A stretch of 64,000 bases of DNA from Lama glama (lineage: Eukaryota): contig CM052816.1 in NCBI GenBank assembly GCA_028534125.1, positions 78,618,001 through 78,682,000 of the forward strand, given 5' to 3'. A program made the position numbers and the translations under genes. Below are positions 1 to 11,720 of this stretch, piece by piece. The notes under the pieces are model-generated. The model had not been told where the DNA came from, searched no databases, and saw only the letters and a program-made list of their open reading frames with translations. The stretch's first letter is position 1. Every line of letters starts with the position of its first letter.

Positions 1-316
1 CACAATTCTGGAGGCCAGGAGTCTGAGATCAAGATGTCTACAAGGTTGTTCTTTTCTCTAAGGCCTCTTTCCTTGCCTCAGAGACGGCTACCTTCTCCCT
101 GTGTCTTCACATAGTCTTTCCTCCGTATGTGTCTTTGTCCTAACCTTCTCTTCTTATAAGGACACCAGTCATGCTGGAGTAAGGCTCACCCCAACGGCCT
201 CATTTAACTTTAGTCACCTCTTTAAAGACTCTATCTCTGAACAGTGACAATCCGAGGTACTGGGGGATAGGACTCCAACTTACGAGTTTTAGGGAGATAC
301 AATTTAGCTCATAACA
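1..316 (-). mobile_element. MaLR LTR (MLT1A-like), cut by the window start
   Basis: Typical antisense MLT1 blocks: ttctggaggccaggagtctgagatcaag, tcttataaggacaccagtcat, gaggtactgggg, and terminus ...ctcataaca. Confidence 0.8.
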
Positions 317-499
317 AGGAGTGAAAAGGGAAATATGGAACCATGGAACAAGGAAAAGAGGGAAGAGACTAGGAATCCACCAGGGTGGGCACTAAAATGG
401 GTTTGATCATGAAAGGCCGGGGTGGGGAGAGAAGTGTTTCAGCCCCCACCTCTCTGCTGAAGACGTCCAAACCGAACTACCCAGCTATGACCTTTCTCT

Positions 500-1310
500 C
501 AGGCTCCAGTGCCACATGCCAGAGCCTACTGGACACAGGCCACCTGATGACCTGCCAACATCTTCAACAAACACAGGAAAACTCAGACTGAACTCTTCTC
601 TAATTTCCATTATTGCCATCATCAAACCTCCAGGAATTTTTGATTCTTTCCCTCTTTATCACTAAGGCCCTTTGCCCTTGCATTGTTGTATCTGTTGCAT
701 CCATTCCCTTTCCCAAGACTGACTGCTATCGCATCACCTCCAGTCATTATTATCTGGACCATTGAAAACATCTCCCAACAGATCACCCTAGGTTCTTCTT
801 CCAAGCTACCTATACACACTACTCTCAGATTAACCTTTCTAAACACTGCTTCCATCATGAATGTACCTCTGCTATAAAACTTTCCATGGCTCCCTGCTAT
901 CAATAAGAAAGATCATAACTATATAACCTAGCATTCAAGGCTTTCTACAGTGTGGCCCCTTCAAATCTGATAGCCCACTCCTGCCCTAAACATTCTGGGA
1001 AAAAATGGAAAATGAATGAATGAACACCCCTTCCCTCTCCTCCATTTCATAAGATGATCATCTTATTTATGACCACCCTGTAATATGCCATGTATATGCT
1101 CATGTGCCCAACATTCCCCCCTCTGCCTGTCTATATCCAATCCTTCTTCTAGCTCCAGCATCAATCCTGCCTCCTCCATTCCTACCTTTCCTGATGACTG
1201 AAAATATCTTACTTCCCTCAACAGCAATTACTATCTCTCATACCCCATGTAGCACTTAGGTGCAATGCTGTTTTATATTTTTCACTGTTCCTGTGTGTTG
1301 TCTTTCTCCA
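500..1310 (+). mobile_element. Ancient L2 LINE fragments
   Basis: L2-like text such as aaaactttccatggctccc and cctagcattcaaggc, plus an aatgaatgaatgaa tail at ~1011-1024. Highly degenerate. Confidence 0.55.
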
Positions 1311-1399
1311 TAACTACATGAGTGGGTGCGCCTTACTCCCCAAACTTCACGACGGCGGATTTCACGCATTTTACTTCTTTGCAATCCCATGACACACAA

Positions 1400-1640
1400 T
1401 AATAACAATCACCAAAAACATTCATGGAGGGTTTACCATGTGCCAGGCACTGTTTTCTAGCATTATCTCACTGAATTCAAACAACAATCCAATAAAGTAG
1501 GTACTATTACTATCCACACTTTTTAGATGAAAAGATTGAGGTTAGAAAGGTTATGTAACTGGCCCAAAATAACATAACTAGTAAGCGGCCAAGCTAGGAC
1601 TCAAACACAGGTCTTTGTGACTCAGAAGTCCCTGCTACTG
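1400..1640 (-). mobile_element. MIR SINE
   Basis: Antisense MIR core: ttttagatgaaaagattgagg...taactggcccaa...ctaggactcaaacacagg. Confidence 0.75.
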
Positions 1641-1715
1641 GTACCTTTCACAGAGTAAGTGATGAGCACATGTGTATGAATTAAGGCTATGCCTGCTACC
1701 AAAACAGTTAGAGTG

Positions 1716-1875
1716 TGTGGCAGGCAGAAAAATGGCCCCCAAACGTATCCATGTCCAGGTCCTCAGAGCCTGTGAATGTTACATTACATGGCAAAGGGGA
1801 CTTGTATCAGATTTCTAACATACAGAACTGTTAGGTGATGAATTTGGTTGTTTTAAGCCACCAAATTTGCCACAG
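1716..1875 (+). mobile_element. Internally deleted MLT1 LTR
   Basis: MLT1 5' end tgtggcaggcagaaaaatggcccccaaa joined directly to 3' part gttgttttaagccaccaaattt. Confidence 0.65.
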
Positions 1876-2744
1876 AACCCAAATATCTGCCTTCTACATC
1901 CATGAAAATCCTTCAGAAGCAGGCACTGTACCACTCCCAGCATCAGCTGTTTCCTGACCTGACCCCTTCCCATCCCGTCCGTGCACTATTCTGAAAATGG
2001 CCTCACTAAGGACATGAAAGGTGAAAGGCACATGCTAGTGACAGAATTCTCTCAGGAAGATTATTATTACAATCAAAACACGTATGCTATCCTTTTAAAA
2101 TATCATTACTTCACGTTTTGATTTCGACTCACTTCCCATATATTATCCCAGGCGTCTGTGCCAGCCCTTAAGTGTGCATAAATGGCAGTTTCAAGAGCAC
2201 ACCGTGATTTTTGGATCGCAGTTGCTGAGTCAATTCCAAGAAATTTCCTCTTAAGAAGCCCAAATTGCACTGTAGAAAAAATGTATTTTTCAAAATGGCA
2301 AGAAAACCAACAGTTGTGTATTTTTTGTACTGTTTTAAGTAAGTGATAAGCAGCGGTAGGTGACAGAAGACTTTAGTACAGACTCAAGTCCCTTTTTGCT
2401 GAGCTATCTTGACCCTGTGGCTTTATCTAATTGGTCTCCTAGGGTCTAGCCATGTCTAGGCTGTGGACACACCTGGCAAGGTGGTGGTGTGGACACACTG
2501 ATGGGGTCGGAGCTGGGATCCACATTTCTAAAGCCGAATTCCCTATCCAGCTGCCTTTGATGGATTTCCCATAACCACCTGAACCCTCACTCCCTCTGCC
2601 ACTTCCCTTGTAAATCAGTAATGAGTCCGTTACATCTCAGCTAGGGTCATTCTGATGTTTATGTGCCTACAGGAATGGAAACAATAATAGCTACCACCCT
2701 GCTATCTTCCAGGTACTCACCTGCACATTAGCATTTAACATGCA

Positions 2745-2975
2745 GTTTAGCAGGGTGGCTAGAGCATACACTTTGGAGCTAGACTACTTTGTTTCCAGTC
2801 CTAGCCCTACCACGCATCAGCCATGTGACCCTGGGCACATTCCTTAACATCTCTAGGACACAGTTTTCCGATCTGCGAAATGGCAACTTTAAAAGTGCCT
2901 CTTTATAAGGTCATTGTGAGAATTGAGTTTTTAGAAGAATCCCATAACACAGGCAATGCCACATAAGTGCGTTAG
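2745..2975 (+). mobile_element. MIR SINE
   Basis: gtggctagagcatacactttggagctagact...tgtgaccctgggcac...cagttttccgatctgcgaaatgg matches the MIR consensus. Confidence 0.75.
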
Positions 2976-3169
2976 TGTTTCACGACTTTGTGAGGTAAGT
3001 GTAACACCGCAGCTCAGAGAAGAATCAACACGCCTAAGGCCACATAATTTCATGAGGAGTAGAGACAGCATTTGGAGGTAGGTCATTTTGTCTGTAAGGC
3101 CATGTACTTTCCACCCTTCCTCACTATTCGCTTCTCCTCTGATTGTTTCTGAACCACCTTCATCCTGCC

Positions 3170-4300
3170 CATCCCTCCCGCCCCAGGCGTGCCCTTAGGA
3201 GAAGTTAACATATCTGCTCGTGGTCCGCCTCTGGCGGCCCTGACACGGGCGCGGGCCCTGGGCGCGCTGAGTCCCCCTTTCGGAGCTGCACGCAGAAGCC
3301 GCAGGGCAAGAGGCTTGCGGGCGGCGCGTGGCGCACCGTGCGCGCACCGTGGGGCAGCCTATCCGCGACTGCGGCCCGAGTGCTGCCTGGTGGGAATCCC
3401 TCCCCAGCTGGGGAGGAAGCCAGTTGTTTTCCTCCTAGTGGAACGTTCCACTTGAAATCGTTCCACAAGGGCTGTTCTCGCCTCCGACTCCGGGAAGAAC
3501 TGTAATTAACACAGCAACAAACGCCCACGACGCTAACTGGCAAAGGGAGTGTAACACGAGCCGCTTCTCCAACCGAACTGGGCCAATTGCTTTCCCTTCT
3601 TGCCTCCCCATTTGGTCTGTTTTGGTTCCGCAGTCATCCAACTGTGGCGTTTCTTAAAACATGTCAGTGGCTGGTGTTTGTGTTTTGGGTGGAACAGTTT
3701 CACACACGTCGCTGGAGACGGTGCTCGACCAGCTGCTGTGCTGGGTCCTTGCTTTCTGCGGCTTGGGGAGTGTCAAGTAGAGAAATGAAGAAGCGACGAG
3801 AAGGGTGGGAGGGAGGATGAGGAAGGACGCCTGCCTTCTCCGATTGTCTGGAGTTGGATCGGTAGCCTCCTCCGGACGAGGACAGGTAAAACCGGTCTGC
3901 CGGGTCTCCAAGGGGAACGGTTGGAGACGTCCCAAGTGAGTTGCATCGTCTGCTCGCGGCGGCTGCGCTCACCTGGCGGCTGCCCTCACCTGGCGGCTGC
4001 CCTCCGACTCTGGCTTGGAAGCTGGGGCACTGAGGCTACAAGAAAAGGGAGAGGGGTGGGCCCTCGCAGGTCCTGCAAACAACGCTCAAAGGCCAGCCAG
4101 GCGAGACCACGAGCGGGCTGCTGGGGGTGGGGTAGGGGAGGATGGAGGAGGGGTCGGGGGCGGCCCGGGCTGCAGGGAGCGCTCTGACTCCTTTACCTAC
4201 AATTTTCAGGCTCTCATCTCTGATGCGGCCATTACGCATCACCTTGCTCTGGCCCAGCGTGGTCTACCCACCCGCGGCCCCGGCATCACGTGGGTGCTTG
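3170..4300. promoter_or_regulatory. CpG island, probable promoter or first-exon region of an unidentified gene or lncRNA
   Basis: Abrupt rise in GC and CpG relative to the CpG-depleted flanks; no obvious interspersed repeat; GC box CCCGCCCC at ~3177-3184; CCAAT at 3583; splice-donor-like motifs on both strands. Confidence 0.75.
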
Positions 4301-4400
4301 TTACATGCAGAATCTCAGGCCCTGCCCCAGGCCCAGTGATTCATACTCTATTTTTTTAACAAATCCCTAGATGTTTTCTAAGAATATGAAAGTTTGTACA
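4280..4400. mobile_element. MER5-like hAT-Charlie DNA transposon fragment
   Basis: cttgttacatgcagaatctcaggccc...ttttaacaaatccctagatg resembles the MER5A/B body. Confidence 0.55.
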
Positions 4401-6589
4401 ATGCATGTAACTTTTTCTAACGTCTTTCTATCAGTGTCTTGCAGTGTCAACACATTACTTTCAAAATTTGTGGCAAAGCCATGGATTTTGGAGAAATGTA
4501 ACCCTGCTTCCAGCTAAAAGTCTGAACCAGTTCCATACTTAGCACCAGCTGTCTGCTAATTGCTGCTAAGGGGTAATAAGTGAAAGGAAGGCCGAGCCTG
4601 CTACACAGTCCAACCTGGAACATCTCAGAGACTAGATGGGGAGCCAAAACCTGAACAAGAAGGACTAAATAACTGTATGAGATAATGATGCAAGAGATTA
4701 CACAAGGCAGAATAACTCTCACGATGAACAGCTTAATAAACAGTAATGCTACGTATTGAGTGAATTCACTATACTAAACTCATACTGTGCCACCAATGTG
4801 TGTATTCTCTATGTATACAGATTCGTATATGTAAGCATATATATGTGTATTATGTATATATATAGAGAGAGAGACAGGCACAGAGAGACAGAGTATATAT
4901 TCTAACATAGGATCTTACACACAGTAGGTGATCAATATTTATTGAATATTGATTCTCCTGGAGAGAGAAGACTCTTGCGTTTTAAACCAAACCAGCAAGG
5001 ACCTGTTTTAAAATAAAACGTATTACCGGTAACCAACAGTCCATTTAATGTGTCCTTTAAAACATTAATTACACAGACACTCACCATAAATACAAAGCCC
5101 TCATTTGAACACAATGGATTGGAGAAGCCCAGAAGGACCCAATATAGCTTCTTCAAGAATTCTGCTGTCTTCCCAGTCAGAATAACCCAGCATGCTTTCT
5201 ACATGTCCATTAAGGCCTCCCAGGACACAGTACCCTCATAGATCATAGACTTAACTTTTTTCAGAGCTGTTTCAATTTTATGAGTTATTGATCTGCAAGC
5301 CAAACATTTTCAGACTGAGGCTTCACTGAATGACCTGTAATAGCTCCAATTTATTCTGTCAAGTACTCCGAGCTCCCTAGCTAGGCACTTAGTTGTGCAT
5401 AGTGAGTACCAGAGAGAAGCAGGGGTGGAGTGGCACTCATCTCTGGTGGTCAGAAGGATCTTAAAATTTTTTTTAATTCATTTAATTTTTTTTTCTCTGC
5501 AGTGTTTTGTTGGCATTAGTGCACCCATTGTTAATATTTACACTCCAACCAAATTAGACTTCTCCGTTTTACAAAAGTTGCACTAGTTTCATAATGAGAG
5601 TTCTGCAGAGCCTACTGGATATACTATCTAACAAATACTGTCGGGTAAAAATGAATTGTCAAATGCTGGTGAATAATGAAAAGTCATTAGGAAGCCGTTG
5701 ACATCTACAATGTCTGCACTGTGCAAGTTATCTTTGCTCTACCATTACATTAAAATAAAACCAATACTTCTTCCCAGAACTTCCAGGAGAACTCAGCAGC
5801 AAATATCCAAACTGGAAGAGAGTAATCCATTTTTGGTGGCAGTCCACACAGCTGCTTTGTCCGGTACCATTGTAAGATACTGGGAATCCTGACATTGAAA
5901 GAATTCAAATCTGTTTTAAATGAGACCTCTGGAAACTGAGATTTGAAGAAAGGGAACTGCCACAGGGAATAGTGTTGCTAAACTTTACAAATAGCATTAT
6001 TGGTTTGTAAAAGTCACCAACATATTGTCATGATTTTGGTAGAGCCAGGCACAGTATCCGGGAAAAAAGAAAAGAAAAGGAAGAAACCTTTCATCACAGC
6101 AATATTGAGAACCATAAAATCAGTAATTAGATTTACAGAAAAAAAAAAAAAACCAACAGTGGGAGTTAAAACCTCAGGGACGCAATGAGCTAGTTTGGAA
6201 CTGGTTACAGTTTGGCATTGCATGGATACCACTTGCTGTCTTTTGCTGATACACACCAAAGGAGTTAAAAACAAACACAAATAACAGTAGGTACTAACAA
6301 AGATGGATACTCTTTTATGCTGGCTTTCCTGATAATTATTTTCTAAATATGCCATGAAGAGAGTTTTTAATCCTATATTTTATAGAGAGTGTATAGGAGA
6401 ATTCTGTAAGGACATTCAATAAAGAGCATTGAGATTAATAATGGAAATTTTTTTTATCCCACGCAGAATTTAATTTTCTAAGCAAAAAAAGTAAAGGAGC
6501 TATGTCTTTAAAATTAAAGACATCTAAATATTTATTCCAGGGGGAAGTGTAAGGAATCAAATGAACATATTTATAGACTGTAGTTCTCT

Positions 6590-7090
6590 TATTGTCCTGG
6601 ACAGACAGTTGTCATGCTTTTTGGCCACCCACCATCTGAGTCTCTTTCCAGTGTTTAAAGAACATCTCTCTCCAGTCCCATCTCCACTCCTGAGGAAGAG
6701 CCCATTTCCCACTGTAAGAGCTGGAAATCACAGGCTCTATATTTCTCAGCCTTCCTGTGCCTCCATTTATTAGATGCATCCTCCTCAGACTCATTAAAAG
6801 GGGATGGACAGTCCAGATTTATTGTGGAGATGGGTGTTGGTGGCGGTGGCATCATCATCTGATTTTCAGAGGCAGCAATGGCAACAGTTATGGTGGCAGC
6901 AGCTGGTGGCACCAATGTAAGGGATGCGAGCAGTGCAATCCATAGAATCTGGTTTCCAGAGAAGGCATTTCTGTGGCATATGGGACATTGTTCTTGGCCT
7001 GTAGCTTCCCCACAGATTCTGTGAGCTGCTCAATATTTTTTAAATGAATTCCTCAGCTTTTGAAATCATCTAGGTTTCTTGGACACAATG
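6590..7090 (+). mobile_element. Degenerate ERV-L-class solo LTR (LTR33-like)
   Basis: agagctggaaatcacaggctctatatttctcagcc and a ggcagc-rich middle resemble the LTR33-like copies elsewhere in the window. Confidence 0.4.
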
Positions 7091-8004
7091 ATCACTCACA
7101 ATGTATTGGAACTGCAAAATGATTTGCAGCAATTATAGCCATTAGAAAGAAGTGAAGATGGAATGTCATCAAATCCTCTTTGGGATAAAGATATTCTAAA
7201 AGCAGTCCTTTTTCCCACCAAGAAAATTAAGAGAATAAACCAGGAGAGTAGGTCTGTGTATGTACAAATTTAAGTATGGAAAATAGAAGCGACGACTTTT
7301 ATTTTTAAGCAAGTGCTAATTTTCACTAAGTTTTTACAGTGAAGATTAAATTATTTTTCAAAATCCTCTTAAGAATTATTTATAATTAGTGAAAAAAAAA
7401 ACAGAGAAATAGAGGAGTTCGAGAATTCTAAATCCATCACGAAGTATGGTTCTTCAAGCAGACCATGAAAGAGAGGCTTGAGTGAGAACATCCAGGAAGC
7501 TGTGAGTGACAGCAAGAAAGAAGCAAAGGTCAGTCTAGTTGGATGACATTGGACAAGATGCTTTACTATATGAAATCCATTTGATTTCTCAAAGAAAAAT
7601 TACCCAAATTCTTCCTGGAAACAGTTAAAAACCAGCCAAATGTGACACTTTCTAACCAATAAATTATAGCACAAAATAATAGTTAACACAAAAATAGCAA
7701 CAGGAGAAACATCTTTCATTAGAGGATCAAGGTTCAAGCAAACATTCTTTAATTAATCCTTTCAACAGCATCAGGAAGTTATTATTTAGCATTTTCATAG
7801 GTAGCATTTAATGTTTTCAAAGTGTTTTACCAACAATAATTAGTTGTTCTTCTCATCAACCTTTTGAAGTAGGTCAATATCATTATCCCCATTTTAAAGA
7901 AAAGCAAGGCACTGAATAAATATGTACAGAGCATGAAGACTGCTAACATAATCCTCATGTTGGTCAATTCCCATTCTTCTACTGCTCCCATCTTAAAAAT
8001 ACAT

Positions 8005-8828
8005 AAAAACATACAGCCAGCATTGTACTCAACAGTGAAAAACTCAAAAGCTTCCCACTAAAATCTGGGACAAGACAAAGCTGCCCACTACCACCACTCC
8101 TATTCAACATAGTCTTGAAAGTCCTAGCTACAGCAAGAGAGAGAAATAAAAGGGATCCAAATTGGAAAAGAAGAGGTAAAAGTGTCACTATATGCAGATG
8201 ACATGATACTATATATAGAAAACCCTAAAAGATCTGCACAAAAACTACTAGAAATAATCGAAGAATTCAGCAAGGTAACAGGTTACAAGATTAATGTTCA
8301 AAAATCAGTTGCATTTCTTTACACTAACAATGAATCAACAGAAAAAGAAAGTAAAGGAACAATCCCCTTTAAAATAGCACCCATAGTAATAAAATATCTA
8401 GGAATAAATCTAACCAAGGAGATGAAAGGCTGATATATGGAAAACTATAAAACACTGATTAAGGAAATTAAAGAAGACTTGAAAAAATGGAAAGATATCC
8501 CATGCTTCTGGATTGGAAGAATCAATATTGTTAAAATGGTCACACTGCCCAAGGCAATCTACAGATTTAATGCAATACCTATCAAATTACCCAGGACATA
8601 TTTCACGGAACTAGAACAAATTATAATAAAATTTATATGGAACCACAAAAGGCCTAGAATTGCCAAAGCATTACTGAAGAAAAAGAAAGAGGCTGGAGGA
8701 ATAACCCTCCTAGACTTCAGATAATACTGTAGAGCTACAGTAATCAAGACAGCATGGTATTGGTACAAGAACAGACATATGGACCAATAGAACAGAACAG
8801 AGAGCCCAGAAATGAACCCACAAACTTT
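8005..8828 (+). mobile_element. LINE-1 ORF2 fragment (RT domain and downstream), 5'-truncated, inactivated, running into a gap
   Basis: Translations [15 protein letters not shown] (RT catalytic motif), [44 protein letters not shown]. In-frame stops at ~8431 and ~8722. Confidence 0.97.
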
Positions 8829-9328
8829 NNNNNNNNNNNNNNNNNNNNNNNNNNNNNNNNNNNNNNNNNNNNNNNNNNNNNNNNNNNNNNNNNNNNNNNN
8901 NNNNNNNNNNNNNNNNNNNNNNNNNNNNNNNNNNNNNNNNNNNNNNNNNNNNNNNNNNNNNNNNNNNNNNNNNNNNNNNNNNNNNNNNNNNNNNNNNNNN
9001 NNNNNNNNNNNNNNNNNNNNNNNNNNNNNNNNNNNNNNNNNNNNNNNNNNNNNNNNNNNNNNNNNNNNNNNNNNNNNNNNNNNNNNNNNNNNNNNNNNNN
9101 NNNNNNNNNNNNNNNNNNNNNNNNNNNNNNNNNNNNNNNNNNNNNNNNNNNNNNNNNNNNNNNNNNNNNNNNNNNNNNNNNNNNNNNNNNNNNNNNNNNN
9201 NNNNNNNNNNNNNNNNNNNNNNNNNNNNNNNNNNNNNNNNNNNNNNNNNNNNNNNNNNNNNNNNNNNNNNNNNNNNNNNNNNNNNNNNNNNNNNNNNNNN
9301 NNNNNNNNNNNNNNNNNNNNNNNNNNNN
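8829..9328. other. Assembly gap (500 N)
   Basis: Run of exactly 500 N. Confidence 0.99.
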
Positions 9329-11324
9329 GTTGCCTGTTTTGTCTGCATGTAAGTCCTAACTCAGCTATGGTCCAAGAGGATTGAAACTGCCCAGACAGAC
9401 AACCTCCAACTTCTGAGACAATTCCCTTTCAAAGGGAAAGAAGTTTCCTTACATCTGTGCCCCACAGTATAAAGGGTTTTGTAAGAGCTGTTCTTACCGT
9501 GAACAATTTTGAGCTTATTTTATTCATAGCAGCTCTGTGGACCACCAGTCCCCTCAGACAACTATGAGGACCATTTTGAACAGAAAGATGGCACTTGTTA
9601 CATATGAAAACAAAACAAAACAAAACAAAACAAAACCACCAGACTCCCTGATGGCTTTAGGAAAAGCAGTCTTGTTGAGAATAATATGAGCTGATTGGTC
9701 TTTGAAAAGAATAATTCAAAACTGGGCAATCAAATTTAAAAAAAAAGTTTAGAGTGAAACAGAATCAACTGAAATCTGTTTACAAAGGTTTTTGTCATAT
9801 ATGGTATTTCTTCACAGAAAACACAAAAATGAACCATGCAAGTATGTCTTTTTTTATTGTCTGTAATTATACTGGACTTCACGTTTTCCTTTCATAAGGA
9901 GAAATATCAACTGTGTATTTTATTTGTAATTTAGTTGGACTGTATGCTAAATGTTAGCAATTTGAGCAAAATACGAATAATAAGAAAAAGTTGTCAGGTC
10001 ATAGTCTGACCTCCTTTTTTCCCTCCATTGCATGAATTTTGACTATATCAAAGCAAAATAAATTGGAATTAGTAATGTGCTATTTTCCATTCATCTAACT
10101 GACAATTAAGTTTAAGTGAAGCAAATTTGTCCTTGAAGTATATAGAATTATTCCACATTAAACAAAAAAAGGACTAGAACCAGTCAGTGTATCTTCAGCC
10201 ACTACTCTGCAAGTGGTGTTTTGTTATCTTGGAAAAGCTACTTTAGGAAACTAAAGTTTTAATACACACTATTTTTTGAACCTGTCCTTTCATTACAAGC
10301 ACATTATAGTAATTCTGGTCAAATGTTAATTTTCTTTAGTTAACATCTTACTGAATACTTCATCTAAGGAAAACACCAGTTGGAGAAGCCAAACGTGAGC
10401 TATGATAGAATTCTACAAATAGAAAATGACTTAAAAGTTTATACTGGGGAATTTCCCAAAACAAGGAAATGCTAAAACCCAAAAACAGGAATTTCCCTTC
10501 AGTACTTTCCAGGAGTCCTTGTTTTTTAGCTTCACTTAAAAATTGAAGACTTCCATGCTCCCCTTTTTAATTATTATATTTTTCCTAATTCAAGTACTCC
10601 AACTTTGAGCAAAGGTATAACCAGAAATTTCTCCCTTGGAAGGAGTGCTGAGAGCAATGCCACTCTGTCCTCATCAGATGACTTTCTGCGGGCAGCACGG
10701 TTATATTGGGCACAATGTGAGGACATCACGAAAGAGCCTGGGAAGGCGCTCGACCCCCAGGAACGGTAAGCAGTACAAATCAGCAAGAGTGAGGGGCCTT
10801 GACCAAGCCAACTAGCTGGATCTGTTCCCTTTCCACTGCATCACCCCCGGGAGCTGCTGCATGTGCACCTCGTTAATCATATCCTTAACCTCACCTTTCT
10901 TCTCGTTAAACTGTCTGCACTCTGCAGACCAAGATTCCTAGAAGCGGGTGCTAAGTCAAGGTTCAAGGTCCATCTAACTCACAGGTCTGGTAAAGCCTGA
11001 ATGTGATAACATGGGGCACTCAGAAAAGGATAAAGTGCTGCTTAAATTAAGGCACCACCATCACTATCGTAACATCCAAGGCCATTTACTCCACTCCAGC
11101 TTGGCATGGGTACAAAATAATAATAATAGTTGAGTGTGTAATGTGTCTGGTGCTACGTAAATCTCACTTAATACCTATAACATCAACCTAAAGTAGGCAT
11201 TATTCCACTTTTTACAGACCGTAAAGCTGAGGCATGAAGAGGGAATGTATTGACCTTGCTTGGATTAAAGCCTCATTTCTCTGACCTCAGAGCCCACTCA
11301 CTTAACCCTATCTTAATTAAATGT

Positions 11325-11720
11325 GCATATTGTCTTGGTCTGGGTTCCTCAGAGAGCAGAGCCTAGGGCAGGGGACTGTGTGATGCTGTTTTATTAGGAG
11401 GCACAACCCTGTGGAGCAGGAGTGGAGTGGGGGAGGGGAGAGGGGCTGGGAAGCGTCGAGAGTCCATACAAGGCTGCTTTATGGAACTGGCCACTGCTGA
11501 CTGCTCAGTCTACAGGAATCTGCCCTCCAGAAGTTATATCAACTGCATCTAATAACGGGGAGGGAGAAAAAGGGACGAATTTATCTACTGGCTCCTACCC
11601 TGTGCTGGTCAGAAGTTCACCACCTAGGGCATTAACTCGCCTACAGCTCGAGGTTGTTCTTAGGTGGGTGTAAACCCTGAGTTGGGTCCTTTGGTGGAAT
11701 CAATAAGGGATCCCAGGCTG
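11325..11720 (-). mobile_element. LTR16-like ERV-L LTR fragment
   Basis: tgtcttggtctgggttcctcagagagcagagcct resembles the antisense terminus of LTR16-group LTRs; a similar start occurs at ~14825. Confidence 0.5.

Noticed and set aside
2462..2498. Direct repeat TGTGGACACAC twice
   Set aside because: Only two copies, 15 bp apart, with no further structure; not an array and not CRISPR-like.
3189..4359. Multiple short ORFs in the CpG island
   Set aside because: Expected from GC content; none resembles a known protein.
8710..9384. ORFs of about 190-212 aa
   Set aside because: Artefacts of reading through N runs; the same applies to 30620-31255.
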